The notes under the pieces are model-generated. The model was not told the origin of the DNA. It saw only the letters and a list, made by a program, of their open reading frames with translations, and ran no database searches. DNA of 64,000 bases from Candidatus Bathyarchaeota archaeon (GTDB taxonomy: Archaea; Thermoproteota; Bathyarchaeia; Bathyarchaeales; Bathycorpusculaceae): positions 96,001-160,000 of the forward strand of contig CAVTBV010000012.1 of NCBI GenBank assembly GCA_963733095.1, in the 5' to 3' direction. Below, piece by piece: positions 12,268-23,159 of this stretch (positions are counted from its first letter, which is position 1; each line of letters starts with the position of its first letter). A program made the position numbers and the translations under genes.

Positions 12268-12936
12268 ATGAGTAAGAAGAAATTAATGTTACTGGCTATT
12301 GGAGTAGCTATTCTGATTGTATCTTTAGCAGTGGCGTCACTGTCCATGTTGCCTGTTGGAAGCAAGGACGAAAAAATTCGTGTTGCCTGCGTTGGCGACA
12401 GCATTACAGGAGGAACCGACTATCCATCGGACCTTTGGATGCTGCTTGGCGAAAACTACACCGTCGGCAACTTTGGCGTACCCGGGTCCACGGCATCTGT
12501 TGACTCAGAAAACCCCTACATGAACAACACCGAATTCCAAAACGCCAAAAACTTCGAGCCCAACATCGTAATCATTATGCTGGGAACAAACGACGCTAAT
12601 TCACAAATTAATCCAACCCAAAAAATCGCCGTAGACGACTACGTGAAATTGGTCAAGGCATTCCAATCGCTTCCAAGTAAACCTCAGATTTACCTTGTGA
12701 AGCCGCCTCCAGTTTTCTGCAACGGAACAATTCCCAGCGCCGAATATTTCAGTGACCATGTGATACCCACCATCGAACAGGCGGCAAAACAGACTAACGT
12801 GCCAATCATAGATGTGTATTCTGCTATGGCTGACAAATCTGCTTTTTTCCCCGACGGAGTCCACCCCAATGGTCAAGGAGCTAACTTAATCGCTTACGAA
12901 ATATACAAGGCAATAACCAGTCAAAACATATCTTAG
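12268..12936 (+). CDS. SGNH/GDSL hydrolase with N-terminal membrane anchor
   Basis: GDSIT, LGTND, DGVHP blocks. Confidence 0.92.
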   Translation: MSKKKLMLLAIGVAILIVSLAVASLSMLPVGSKDEKIRVACVGDSITGGTDYPSDLWMLLGENYTVGNFGVPGSTASVDSENPYMNNTEFQNAKNFEPNIVIIMLGTNDANSQINPTQKIAVDDYVKLVKAFQSLPSKPQIYLVKPPPVFCNGTIPSAEYFSDHVIPTIEQAAKQTNVPIIDVYSAMADKSAFFPDGVHPNGQGANLIAYEIYKAITSQNIS

Positions 12937-13058
12937 CAGGGGTTTGCGCTGTTTTAGCGGTTCTGTCCCCAGCAGAGCAACCGCTTTTTTCCGTGCTATA
13001 AGTCAAATCTTATTAGCCTAAAACACCCAAAGAACGGTATTAGCAAGGTGGAGCAAGC

Positions 13059-14123
13059 CTGATTCAAGAACGAATACGCCCCATTCCTGTTGACCTGATC
13101 CGAACATTAGCAATCATAGGCGTCATTACACTTCACGCTGCAAACGAGGCAATAGTCCCCCAAGCTATGACCCAGACCGAAGTTTATCGCTGGTGGATGG
13201 TTAATACCTACCAGACTCTGGGGCGAACAGGAGTTCCGCTGTTTGTAATGTTGACGGGCGCACTCTTGCTTCAACCCTCCAAGGTTGAGCCAATAAAAGA
13301 CTTTTTTAAGAAACGATGGGCAAGAATTGGTTTGCCGTTTCTGTTTTGGGGCGCCATCTACTTCGCATGGGACTATTACGCTGACCACCTCGCCCTAACG
13401 TCAAACTTTATCTTTCAAGGTATACTGACGGGTCCTTACTTTCAATTCTGGTACCTCTACATGCTTGCCGGCTTATACCTGCTAACTCCAATCCTGCGAT
13501 TAGTGGTGGCTCATGCTCCCCCTGAGATTTTCAAGTATTTCTTTGCAGTGTGGCTTTTAGGAGCCTTCATTATTCCAATTCCAGGCATTATCGGACCGTT
13601 CTACCTAGATGGAAACCTTCTGACGCTTCCCCTGTGGGCTGGATACTTCGTGTTAGGCGTATTCCTTATGTCTGTAAAGATTCGCCGACGGGTGTTGGCG
13701 GGTCTTGTGGCGCTTGGGTTAATCTTAACCTTGGTCGGAACCTACGCTATAGCCGCCACCGTCGGAGGACCGCACACCTACTACTTCCAAGACTACTTTA
13801 GCCCAACAATAATTTTAGCTTCAGCCGCCCTGTTTCTGCTCTTAAACACCCTAAAAGTTCCCAAAACTCAAGCAGAAGCACCGCACCCAAAAGTCAACTG
13901 GCTCATCAGACAAATCAGCCAGAGCACCCTTGCAATTTTCCTGTTCCACGTAATTGTCCTTGAAACCCTCCAGCGGGGCTATCTGTGGGGCTTCACAATT
14001 AGCGGCAACAACCTAAACTCCATCATCGAAATTCCTCTGGTAAGTGTGGTTACTCTGTTTATTTGCCTTGGAATAATTCTGCCCCTCAGGAAGGTACCCA
14101 TCATAAAGAACCTAATTGGCTAA
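13059..14123 (+). CDS. Acyltransferase family 3 membrane protein (WecH/YiaH-like), probable CTG start
   Basis: Conserved DLIRTLAI..VI..H motif lies upstream of the ORF-track ATG (13167); GVPLFVML.G, FWYLY motifs; CTG at 13059 follows AGGTGGAG and an in-frame TAG. Confidence 0.88.
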   Translation: MIQERIRPIPVDLIRTLAIIGVITLHAANEAIVPQAMTQTEVYRWWMVNTYQTLGRTGVPLFVMLTGALLLQPSKVEPIKDFFKKRWARIGLPFLFWGAIYFAWDYYADHLALTSNFIFQGILTGPYFQFWYLYMLAGLYLLTPILRLVVAHAPPEIFKYFFAVWLLGAFIIPIPGIIGPFYLDGNLLTLPLWAGYFVLGVFLMSVKIRRRVLAGLVALGLILTLVGTYAIAATVGGPHTYYFQDYFSPTIILASAALFLLLNTLKVPKTQAEAPHPKVNWLIRQISQSTLAIFLFHVIVLETLQRGYLWGFTISGNNLNSIIEIPLVSVVTLFICLGIILPLRKVPIIKNLIG

Positions 14124-14190
14124 TCCTTTAGGAGTTTCTGCGGTTCATTAGAGAAATACTACTTCGATGGCATTATCAAAAAATGAAAAC

Positions 14191-15975
14191 TTAGACTCCC
14201 GCCCAGAACAGTGTTTTCTTTCGCATAAAGGAAATGAATTCTTTGAGGAGTTCTTGCTCTTCGCTATTGAGGTCATCCATGTGGGCTGTCAACAGTTTTT
14301 TCGCGTCTGCTTCAGGAACCTTCACGTACAAAACGTCACGTTCAAACACGTGCCGTCCCGCTGTGGGTTTATCCATAGAAATCGCCACCTGCATGCCTGC
14401 TTTAGCTTCGCCGATTGCTTTGCCCTTATCCTGAATCTGGTCCACTTCACCCAAATCTGAACTGTCTTCTACCCGCATAAGCGAAACTTTGGGTTTTATT
14501 CTGCCACTCAAGATTTCAACGCCGAGCACCACTGGTTTGGCACGTCGGAAAATGCAGTTGGGCAACACCGTAAGCTTTCCGGGTTTAACTAGCGCCTCAA
14601 ACTCTTCTTCGCTCTTGGCTTCGCGTTTGTTCTTTGCCCATTCCAGGTAGTTGTCTATTAGGTTGTAGATGATTGGGTCTTTGAAGATTTTAACGCCGTT
14701 TGCTTCCGCTTCGATTTCAGCATCGGGCAATACTTTAACGCCGAAGGCGAGGATTGCGCCAACTAAAGGCTGGTGAGCCTTCACCACGGAAGCCTCAATC
14801 ACGTCGCGTTTGCTGATGTCGCCGATGTCAGCGATTCGAACTTGGATGTTGTTGGCTTTTAAAATCTCAGCCATGGCTTCAAGGGAGCCTAAAGTGTCAG
14901 CTTTTACTATGACGCCGTCGATTTCCTTGGTAATTCTAATTCTGCCGATTTCTTCCGTGATGAGCTTACAGTACTTGGCAACGTCTTCGCCCTCAGGCAC
15001 AGCAAACAACGGTGCACCCGCCAACGCACCCTCCAAATCTGGCGCAACAATCTTTACACCTGCACTAGCATAAACACACTCAACGCTTGTGAATTTGTCG
15101 CGTGGGTCACGCATCTCATCGAGCGGTTTAGGAACCAGAATCGTTCGTACACGCGCCGAGATGGGTCCGTTCTTGCCGCCGACAACTATCAAGTCGTCCT
15201 TGTGCAGGGTTCCATCGTAAACAATAGCGTTGAGCGTTAACCCTAAACCCGGTTCCTCTTTAACTTCTAAGATGGAGCCTTTTGCGGCGCCGTCCGTTGT
15301 TTGCAATCGTTTTTTGAGGAACTGCTGAGTTAACCCCACTAGAACCATAACTAATTCGGATAAGCCTTCGCCTGTTTTGGCGCTGGTCGGCACCAAAGCA
15401 ATGTTGATGGTGAAGTCGCGAATATGGTCGAATCTGTCAGTTTTGAATCCTAAACGACTAAAATCCCCCATGACCGCGTATAAGCGGTTGTCTAGCTCTT
15501 CGCGAACAAAGCTCGATTGTTCAGCATACGATTTTAGGAAGGGCGCACCTTGCTGTGCTTTCCAGCCAGGAAGGCGATCAATCTTGTTAACTGCAACGAT
15601 GAAAGGGGTTTTGCGTGCCTTAAGAATCTCGATACACTCGAAGGTTTGGGCTTCAAAACCACGCAATGCATCAACCACCAGAATAGCAATGTCTGCAACG
15701 CTGCCGCCCCGGCGCCGAAGGTTCGTAAACGCTTCATGCCCAGGCGTATCCACGATTAGTAAACCAGGAATTTCGATGCCTGTTTTAAAGTTGCCCATGT
15801 AGGGGCCGATGAGTTGTTTTAGGGTTTCCACAGGGAAAAAGCTCGCGCCGATGTGCTGAGTCATTCCACCCGCTTCGCGAACTTGCACGTTAGTTTTGCG
15901 TAATTCGTCAAGTACCGAGGTTTTGCCTGAATCTACGTGTCCAAGAACACAGACTATTGGTTGGCGCGTGGGCAT
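14191..15975 (-). CDS. infB: Translation initiation factor aIF5B (IF-2)
   Basis: RQPIVCVLGHVDSGKT, AGGMTQHIGA, DTPGHEAF, NKID. Confidence 0.97.
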   Translation of the reverse strand: MPTRQPIVCVLGHVDSGKTSVLDELRKTNVQVREAGGMTQHIGASFFPVETLKQLIGPYMGNFKTGIEIPGLLIVDTPGHEAFTNLRRRGGSVADIAILVVDALRGFEAQTFECIEILKARKTPFIVAVNKIDRLPGWKAQQGAPFLKSYAEQSSFVREELDNRLYAVMGDFSRLGFKTDRFDHIRDFTINIALVPTSAKTGEGLSELVMVLVGLTQQFLKKRLQTTDGAAKGSILEVKEEPGLGLTLNAIVYDGTLHKDDLIVVGGKNGPISARVRTILVPKPLDEMRDPRDKFTSVECVYASAGVKIVAPDLEGALAGAPLFAVPEGEDVAKYCKLITEEIGRIRITKEIDGVIVKADTLGSLEAMAEILKANNIQVRIADIGDISKRDVIEASVVKAHQPLVGAILAFGVKVLPDAEIEAEANGVKIFKDPIIYNLIDNYLEWAKNKREAKSEEEFEALVKPGKLTVLPNCIFRRAKPVVLGVEILSGRIKPKVSLMRVEDSSDLGEVDQIQDKGKAIGEAKAGMQVAISMDKPTAGRHVFERDVLYVKVPEADAKKLLTAHMDDLNSEEQELLKEFISFMRKKTLFWAGV

Positions 15976-16455
15976 CTGTTTTTTTCTCCTTAAATAATTT
16001 TGATGATTGGATGATTGTTATGGCTGTTGATTAATGAATACTCATTTATCAAGGTGTTCGTTTAAGTTTTGGTTTAATTAAAGCCAAAAAAGCGACTTAA
16101 TTCGAGCACAATATCTTAAATGCGAATGGGACTAAAAAAGTTTGCAAGTGCCAAACCAATACCTTTGATTACTATTTTTAGGGTGGGATTGAACCTTACA
16201 CTGAGTGAACATATCACCCGCATTCCTCTTGCGACTCCGTAGAACTATATAGATACTTGATCGATAGCTTTACAATAAATACAACTTGCATTGGAGTTTA
16301 GTTTTGGAGATATAAAGTGTTAGGAAGGTTACTGATTTCCGCATGATGGCTTGGTTCTGATTCGAGCTAGTAAACAGAAGAGAAATTGAAAAAATATGAT
16401 ATGAAAGATTTTATATATCGAAGACCAGGTTCTATTCAACCGGAGTTTTAGCTGT

Positions 16456-17529
16456 TTGCAGAAAAAGAAACGTGATACAAGAGCTTTTATCGTAGAGAAA
16501 TATTTGGTTTGGTTGGTACTAAGAATCTGCATTCTTGTTTTTCTCTTCGTGCTGCTGGAGAGCAGTTATAGAGAAGGGGCATTCTACATCTTCGGAACGG
16601 CAGAAATTCAAACAACAATCTACATGGTTCTGCAAAAGATTTTATTCTCCGGGTTAGTGTGGTTTTTCTTAGCAGTTTCCAAAAAAATTATTGTTCCAGC
16701 AGTAATACTCTCTATTTCTCCTGTAGTTGGAAAAGTAGTAAGAGACCCTCGCTCCAGAAGTAGAACTGTCAAATCAACAAATCGATATCTAACCTACATA
16801 GTCTACTTCACTGCAATAGCGGCTCTTGTCTTAATTTGGGCTTACTCATTTATAGGCGCATGGATCGCCGGGTTTCTTGGAACTGGGATGATTGTTACAT
16901 TAACCTTCATTCTTGGCTTGTTCACATCTAGCGTTCTTGGCAACGTCTTAGCATACAGTGTTCTTGAGGGGACAAGCGAATTCAAGACCGGCGACAGAGT
17001 GCAGATTGGCGAAAGCTACGGGGACATAGTTGAGGTAGGTGTGTTTTACACAAGAATCAAAACGATAAAAGATGAAGTAATCAGCATTCCAAACTTGATT
17101 GTGATGAACAAAGAGATGAAAAATTTTAGTGCCTTAAAAGAAGTCTTGATTTATGTATCAGTCTCCTTAGGTTATGACGTTGATAAGGATCAGGCTAAAA
17201 GAATCTTAATCGAAAGTGCCGAAAAAACCAGAGGAATCTTAACAACAAACCAAAAACCAACTGATGCTCTAGGAGACATTGAAAGTGAGGAAAAAACGGA
17301 AGGACTCTTGAAAGATAGAAAACCATTCGTTTTGCTAAAAGATCTTGGAAACTATTCAGTAACTTATGAAATTAATGCCTACACTGACCAGCCTAATTCA
17401 CTTATCAACATAAAAAGCGAACTTATTGACAATATTCTGAATGAATTTAAAAAAGCAGACATAGAGATATTATCACCATTTCATGTTGCTCAACGACAAT
17501 ATCCCAAAGTTGCTGCTGTGGAAACCTAA
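16456..17529 (+). CDS. MscS family mechanosensitive channel
   Basis: TM helices then FKTGDRVQIG..GDIVEVG..YTRIKT..ISIPN. Confidence 0.88.
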   Translation: MQKKKRDTRAFIVEKYLVWLVLRICILVFLFVLLESSYREGAFYIFGTAEIQTTIYMVLQKILFSGLVWFFLAVSKKIIVPAVILSISPVVGKVVRDPRSRSRTVKSTNRYLTYIVYFTAIAALVLIWAYSFIGAWIAGFLGTGMIVTLTFILGLFTSSVLGNVLAYSVLEGTSEFKTGDRVQIGESYGDIVEVGVFYTRIKTIKDEVISIPNLIVMNKEMKNFSALKEVLIYVSVSLGYDVDKDQAKRILIESAEKTRGILTTNQKPTDALGDIESEEKTEGLLKDRKPFVLLKDLGNYSVTYEINAYTDQPNSLINIKSELIDNILNEFKKADIEILSPFHVAQRQYPKVAAVET

Positions 17530-17839
17530 TAATATATGCGTGGGACCCTAAAGGTGAGAGATAATTAGTCATTAAGTGTACAAAGCAAGGAAAAGCAGTA
17601 GCTATTTTTCATCTAACAATTAACAATAGAACGTTTTGACTACCAACGCACATCTTCTCTCACACTACCTAACAAATCTCTTATTACGCTGCCCAATTCA
17701 CGACTACCCAAAACAATTAAATTAAAATTTTCTTGCCTTGCCAACTTAATTATAACCCATCCGGTTTACCATATTCAAGACTCTTGTCAATATCAACACC
17801 TCCATTTCAGCTGCCGAATCCAAGAGCGCGCTCTTCTAA

Positions 17840-18075
17840 GTTTACACGTGAAGAATACACGGTTTCTGGAAAAAACTTGGTTGACCGGGTTGGGGAACTT
17901 TTGCGTAAGGGAAATGTGACGCGGGTAATCGTTAAGGATGAAGCAGGTAAAACTTTGCTAGAGATTCCAGCGACGGTGAGTGTGGTTGGAGTTGTTGTGG
18001 CTTCTTGCCTGGCAGCGTTAGGTGTGTTGCTGCTTTGGTTACAAACTGCAAAATTGGGGTTGAAATAAGAGAATA
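17840..18075 (+). pseudogene. DUF4342 domain protein remnant, frameshifted
   Basis: EEYTVSGKNLVDRVGELLRKGNVTRVIVKD..LLEIP; the expected tail VAALVTNCKIGVE is in another frame near 18025; no credible start. Confidence 0.65.
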
Positions 18076-18083
18076 AGATTTGT

Positions 18084-18284
18084 TTATTCTGGCGGTTTAA
18101 CCAGAAGCAGAAAAACGCCCAATAGCAAAAGAATAGCGCTCAGGGCCCCGAAGAGCACGTTAAATGGCCCTAAATCGGCGGTTGTAGCTGTAAAATAGAG
18201 CATAACTGCACCGATAACTATCAAGAGTAATCCGAAGAGTCTTTCAGCTAAAGATACCCAGAATGTATCGCCTTCTTCACTCAT
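18084..18284 (-). CDS. Small two-TM membrane protein
   Basis: 66-aa hydrophobic ORF with ATG. Confidence 0.7.
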   Translation of the reverse strand: MSEEGDTFWVSLAERLFGLLLIVIGAVMLYFTATTADLGPFNVLFGALSAILLLLGVFLLLVKPPE

Positions 18285-18450
18285 GTCTTGTTTTCTTCCT
18301 TGCGTCTTTTCTTATGCGTTTCTTTCATATAAACAAGAGGAGTTATTTTAAATTTTGGTGTGAAAATAAGGGATAATTAAAAAGTACATCTATGAGCATA
18401 AATACATTACATTTATAAAAAATAAGAGCAATTAGAGGGTGTTTTTGGTA

Positions 18451-18890
18451 ATGGTAATTGAAAACAGCGTATCCATTAAATCTATACCAAATAATCAGGT
18501 AAAAGACTATTTTATGTCATTGCACAACAATAAATCGGACACAAAGTAGAATTATGGCGCCATGATTGGGTCTTTCGTCGACTTTTTGGAAAACAAGGGC
18601 ATAGAACGCTTTGAAGATGGAACAAAACTGATGTTTGTCAGTTTCTCTCAACTAAACGATCACAAAAAACAAGAAACCTGTACATTTTCATAATTAAGAT
18701 CTTCTAAGATTATCTGGGGAAAAAGGAATTAGTCGAATATCTTTACCAAAAACCAGTGAAAGGGGCGATTACTCATCAGAATTGCTAACACCTGAAGAAG
18801 TCATGAAATTAGCGACGGAAGAGGGCAGAAGGCGAAAGATGAACAAGAGCAAATGCATTAGGCGTGAGCTGGTTATTCTCTGCAGATCAA
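18451..18890 (+). pseudogene. Decayed tyrosine recombinase (N-terminal core-binding domain)
   Basis: Across stops and frameshifts: DTK*NYGAMIGSFVDFL..TDVCQFLSTKRSQKTRNLYIFIIKIF*DYLG..ELLTPEEVMKL. Confidence 0.6.
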
Positions 18891-18896
18891 GCCGAC

Positions 18897-20051
18897 TTAT
18901 AATTCTGTCCCGTTCCAAAATATCACTTTGTTGTAATGAACCGTGCTGGATTGCAAACTGTCTTCGTAGACTACGTCAAGATTTGGTCCATACTGCTTTA
19001 GCAAAATCGTCACGTTGCCCCATACGCTAGCTGAAAGGTTGTCTGCGGGCCACAGACCCCAAATTGTGTCGTTTGGCCCTCTAAAACCAAACCCGTAACC
19101 TGCTGGGAGCACATACGCTATTCGGTTTTGAACAAGGTTTTGTGGTTGTGGATTTGTATTTATGTAATTCCAGAATTGCTTCATCGCGTTAAGCTGGTCG
19201 GGTTGCAGAATGTTTTCAGTATAGTTCAGGTTGCTGTCAAAGACCAAGATGAATTTGGCTCCATTTTGGTAAGCATACACCATGTCGTCGTATAGTTGAG
19301 TTGCATTTTCTAAGTAGGGCGCCTGGGTATATGTATCTGTTATCATTACACCCCAGTCCTCATTGCTCATTGTGGCTGCTCCGCGGCACAGCGCAAGCTG
19401 AAGGGGCGTACTCAAGTTATAAGCGAATTCTGCTAAGACCACATCGTAGCCTCCTTGGTAGTCAAATTCATAAAGGGCGTAATCAGATGTCATCAGAGGA
19501 ATAGCATCAAATTTGAAAACTGCCAAGTCCTGGTTAAGGGCAATGACAAACTTGTTAGCGGCGTCGGTGTAGTTGTCTGCTTGCTGCACAAGCATCAAAG
19601 ATATGTTACCATTTTCAACTGAAGATCTGGCGCGGTCTATCTGTGCGCCTCCAGCTTCATCATAGGGAAACAACCCCCAGAAACGGTTTCCCCAAGTTTG
19701 CTTAGCCTGAATTACCCATTGAGTCTGGTTGAAGGCTTCGGGGTTTATATGCCAGAAGGGTGCAAAGGTCAGTCCGCTATTATTGATGTACTGACAAACT
19801 CCGTTAAGCTCAGACATGTTGTAGGTTATTACTGTACTGCCAACAACGATAAAATTAGTGTAGCTGCTAACTTGGTTTACAAGTTCTTCAAAGCTTCGCA
19901 CGTCTGAGAATGCTATGTCAAGTCCGAAATAAACATCTGGAGTGTATTTCGTTGGTTGACTTGCAATGTGGATGCCCGCCACTACCCCAATCAGCAATAT
20001 GACAAGCAAAATTATTAGAAGATATATGTGTAATCTTTTCATCCACATCAC
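18897..20051 (-). CDS. Membrane-anchored secreted hypothetical protein (possible glycoside hydrolase-like barrel)
   Basis: N-terminal TM anchor, many N-x-S/T sequons, YDEAGG and TSDYAL motifs. Confidence 0.7.
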   Translation of the reverse strand: MMWMKRLHIYLLIILLVILLIGVVAGIHIASQPTKYTPDVYFGLDIAFSDVRSFEELVNQVSSYTNFIVVGSTVITYNMSELNGVCQYINNSGLTFAPFWHINPEAFNQTQWVIQAKQTWGNRFWGLFPYDEAGGAQIDRARSSVENGNISLMLVQQADNYTDAANKFVIALNQDLAVFKFDAIPLMTSDYALYEFDYQGGYDVVLAEFAYNLSTPLQLALCRGAATMSNEDWGVMITDTYTQAPYLENATQLYDDMVYAYQNGAKFILVFDSNLNYTENILQPDQLNAMKQFWNYINTNPQPQNLVQNRIAYVLPAGYGFGFRGPNDTIWGLWPADNLSASVWGNVTILLKQYGPNLDVVYEDSLQSSTVHYNKVIFWNGTEL

Positions 20052-20524
20052 AATTTATGAAGAAAATAATCTTTGACTTCTTTACGCTCACTACCTTTAG
20101 AGCACTCATTTATCCTTAAAATATTTTGTTTTTGAGCACACACTTAAAAAACCAGAAATAGTTCCGTTTGAAGGCTTCAACGAACTTTAGTCCAGAGTCC
20201 AAATTTTTTAGGCTTAAAAAACTGCAAATACCATATGCACTATGTTTATCCAGATATAATTATCCTGACAATTATTAACATAATTCTTAATTATCTTGGA
20301 AGTAAGAAAACAAAAACCCAACAATTATCCACCATTTTGTCACCATAATTTTAAATTATTCCATAATTTTTGTGGTTGTACGTTTGCGCGTGGATTTGAA
20401 AGTGGATAAACCCAAGGTTGATTTGCCAGCCTAAGCATTTTCGATAGTTTGGATGGCTGAAAAAACTCTAATGCCGCTTCCATACTGGTTTGTGCAATGA
20501 ACCATTATTAGGATCCAAATATGA

Positions 20525-20541
20525 GTGTAGCAAAACTACAC
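20525..20541. promoter_or_regulatory. Palindrome immediately upstream of the integrase promoter
   Basis: GTGTAG-CAAAA-CTACAC. Confidence 0.4.
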
Positions 20542-20587
20542 ATGTCCCAAAAGTTATTATCCTATACCAAACTTTTAGGCTGGTGCC

Positions 20588-21691
20588 ATGATGAGAGAAA
20601 AAGCTAAAGAATGGCTAAAAATTGGCACCTTAACAGACGAATGGATTAAAGCATCCTATGACAGTTCAGACGCTCAAAGTGTTTGGAAATATCATGATCG
20701 AATGAACACTTTTTTGGAATTTGTGGGCTTAACGGATGTAGAGTTTATTGAGGGTTTCAAGCGGTCAAAGGATCGTTTAGAGTGGGCTAAACAGACAGGT
20801 GCCAAAGTCATAGCGTTCTACAATGATCGGGTGCAAAGGGGTTATGCAACCAACACAGTTAGAGCAGAAGTTTCCACGGTTAGAGCCTTCTGCCGAGACA
20901 ATGCCACCACACTGATCATTCAGCGTCGGAAAATAGCTAAAGCCAAAAGCGCAAAGGGAGAACATGAGTTCACACGCGAAGAATTAGCCAAGATGTTCTA
21001 CGTTGGCGATGTCAGAGGCAAAGCAGTCTTAAGCACTGCAGTAAGTTTAGGTTTCAGCGTGGAAGATTTCTCTGAGCTAAAAAGAGAATACATTGAGGGG
21101 TTAGTGAACAAGGCTTTAACGGAAAAGATTGACTTTATCGGGTTCGACTATGAACGGGGAAAAACAGGGGTTGAATCAAGAAGCCACTTGACACCTGAAG
21201 CAGTTAACAGCCTCAAAGCATGGTTTGAATACATTGACACAAAGAGAGCCGAAAAAGGTCTACCTAAAAGTGAGTGGGTTTGGTGCAATGGTAACGGTGG
21301 GCACCTAAACGAGCAGACACTAAACGACATTGTAAAAGACTTGGTGAAGAAAGCCAATATTTCAGTCACAGGAAAGCTAAGGTTTCACTTATTGCGCAAG
21401 TTCTTAATGAGTAGCCTTCATGATGCTGGGTTTGACAGTTGGGAAACGAAAAGAGCGTTAGGCAAAGAAATTCCCACAAGCGATTCTACTTATCTTAGAG
21501 GGTTAAGCCGAAAAGTAACTGAAAAATTCCCTCAAGCTTACTCGTACATTCGGTTAAGTGGGTTCGCTAACCACAATGGAACAAAACTTGAGGAAATGCA
21601 GGCTAAAATCCAACAGTTAGAGATCGCTCAGGAACAGTTGACGCTTCAGAATCAAGCACTTCTCAGGAATGATCGAGTTTGCTATTCCTAA
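20588..21691 (+). CDS. Tyrosine recombinase/integrase (atypical active site)
   Basis: FTREEL, RGKTG, FHLLRKF (HxxR), LGK, STY; box I reads GFSVED rather than GxRxxE. Confidence 0.88.
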   Translation: MMREKAKEWLKIGTLTDEWIKASYDSSDAQSVWKYHDRMNTFLEFVGLTDVEFIEGFKRSKDRLEWAKQTGAKVIAFYNDRVQRGYATNTVRAEVSTVRAFCRDNATTLIIQRRKIAKAKSAKGEHEFTREELAKMFYVGDVRGKAVLSTAVSLGFSVEDFSELKREYIEGLVNKALTEKIDFIGFDYERGKTGVESRSHLTPEAVNSLKAWFEYIDTKRAEKGLPKSEWVWCNGNGGHLNEQTLNDIVKDLVKKANISVTGKLRFHLLRKFLMSSLHDAGFDSWETKRALGKEIPTSDSTYLRGLSRKVTEKFPQAYSYIRLSGFANHNGTKLEEMQAKIQQLEIAQEQLTLQNQALLRNDRVCYS

Positions 21692-21866
21692 AGAAACCAT
21701 GAAAAAAGCAATCTATGAAGCAGCCAAAACACTACCCGATATGAACGAAAACAAACTTGAGCAAATACGAGTTAACTTACAATCTACTCAGAATCCATCA
21801 GAAATGCTGAACACCTTGAGAAACATACAAACAATTGGGCAAGTCAGAATAAACGTGCGATCTTAA
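21669..21866 (+). CDS. Probable frameshifted C-terminal tail of the integrase, or a small overlapping ORF
   Basis: Removing one A in CTCAGGAATGATC joins the coiled coil ..QALLR to MIEFAIPKE. Confidence 0.45.
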   Translation: MIEFAIPKETMKKAIYEAAKTLPDMNENKLEQIRVNLQSTQNPSEMLNTLRNIQTIGQVRINVRS

Positions 21867-21966
21867 GTTTTATTAGTTCTTATAATTGTATTTTTTATTA
21901 GAAATTCAATTCTTATTAAAAACTTAAAAGGTCAACTCTGGATAAAGGATATGGGAAGGAAAACTT

Positions 21967-22518
21967 ATGGTTGACCTCTTAAACGTATCATTAGCAGTAA
22001 TAGCTATTTTTTCAGCTTTATTTGTAGCATTATCCGAAGGCTTTAAAATTACACTCGGCTTTCGAGGTTCTGAAGAAACTCGACAAAGGAAAGAGCGGAT
22101 TGATATCAAACTGCACCGCGAGCTTAATGATGAAATTGAAGATTTCTTGTCAAGTGATGCATGTCGAGGTGGAAGTCCAGATCGCATTATAGGAATTCAA
22201 GATTTAGGTTTCAAGGCAATGCTCGCTGAGGATGCAGCTAATGACTTAATAACTCGCTCAGACAAAAGCATGAAGAATGCAATCAAGAACTTGTTAGCTG
22301 GAACTTTGATATTGTTTGTCACAGTGGCGGTTCTTATTAGTGTGGATTTTACACAACTTGATAATTTAATATTTGCTGGAGTTTATGTTGGCATTACCGC
22401 TTTTCTTTTTTGGAGATTTGCTTCAAGCACAATGAAATCACTTCATTATAGAGAGCAGCTTATCACACTTGACGATGAGCCGACACTACAAAAAGCTGAA
22501 GAAGTTGACCTTGAATAA
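21967..22518 (+). CDS. Three-TM hypothetical membrane protein (element cargo)
   Basis: ORF with hydrophobic helices. Confidence 0.65.
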   Translation: MVDLLNVSLAVIAIFSALFVALSEGFKITLGFRGSEETRQRKERIDIKLHRELNDEIEDFLSSDACRGGSPDRIIGIQDLGFKAMLAEDAANDLITRSDKSMKNAIKNLLAGTLILFVTVAVLISVDFTQLDNLIFAGVYVGITAFLFWRFASSTMKSLHYREQLITLDDEPTLQKAEEVDLE

Positions 22519-22739
22519 AGCCGTATATTAGCCCTTCACCCTCTTATCTAAGTTGAGCTTCGAGCTTTTTCGACAAAATTTTGTGGGTTTGAACCCTTGA
22601 GGGTTCATGATAAGCCCATGGTGAAAAGTTAGGATAGTACAACTGAAACTGTATTTTTTCTATTGACATCTTAGTATGTTATCGCGCACAAACAACCCTT
22701 TGCAAGCACGGAAAAGAAAACCAACGAACAAGCCTCAAC

Positions 22740-22831
22740 ACCCAAACAAAACCCAAAACAAACCTCTTCGCCCCCGATGGGTCAAAATCTGCGCTCAGGG
22801 AGTCGAAATGGGTACCCATTTTATGTAGTGT
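22740..22831 (+). repeat. Imperfect direct repeat copy 1, containing palindrome AAATGGGTACCCATTT
   Basis: CCGATGGGTCAAAATCTGCG..GTCGAAATGGGTACCCATTTTATGTAGTGTC aligns with 23160-23248. Confidence 0.75.
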
Positions 22832-22877
22832 CCAATGAACGTTCAGTTTTTTAAAACGGTGCTTTAGTTTAATGTGC

Positions 22878-23021
22878 CTAACTTGTTACATGAAAATGAC
22901 GTTTACATTCGGGACATTGGTAGGATTTAATGTGAAACACACAGTTTTCGATTTCCTTTTCATGGTTTGTGACTTCACTTCCGCAGCTTGGGCATTTAAC
23001 AATCAAAAAATATTCAGTCAT
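22878..23021 (-). CDS. 47-aa zinc-ribbon microprotein
   Basis: MTEYFLIVKCPSCGSEV..YQCPECKRHFHVTS*, two CPxC motifs; below the ORF-track cutoff. Confidence 0.7.
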   Translation of the reverse strand: MTEYFLIVKCPSCGSEVTNHEKEIENCVFHIKSYQCPECKRHFHVTS

Positions 23022-23159
23022 TACGGTTCATCTATGGTAGAATGCAGTTTTGTAATTTGAAGTCTTGTGAGAACATTATGATACAACAACTCCATACAAT
23101 CGAAAAACAAGTGCATCCAATGGAAAAGCGTTCACATGGAATAGCGGAAAAGATCGCAC

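Noticed and set aside
18281-18328. Short basic ORF MKETHKKRRKEENKT overlapping the next start
   Set aside because: Too short to support; may be chance in a purine-rich leader
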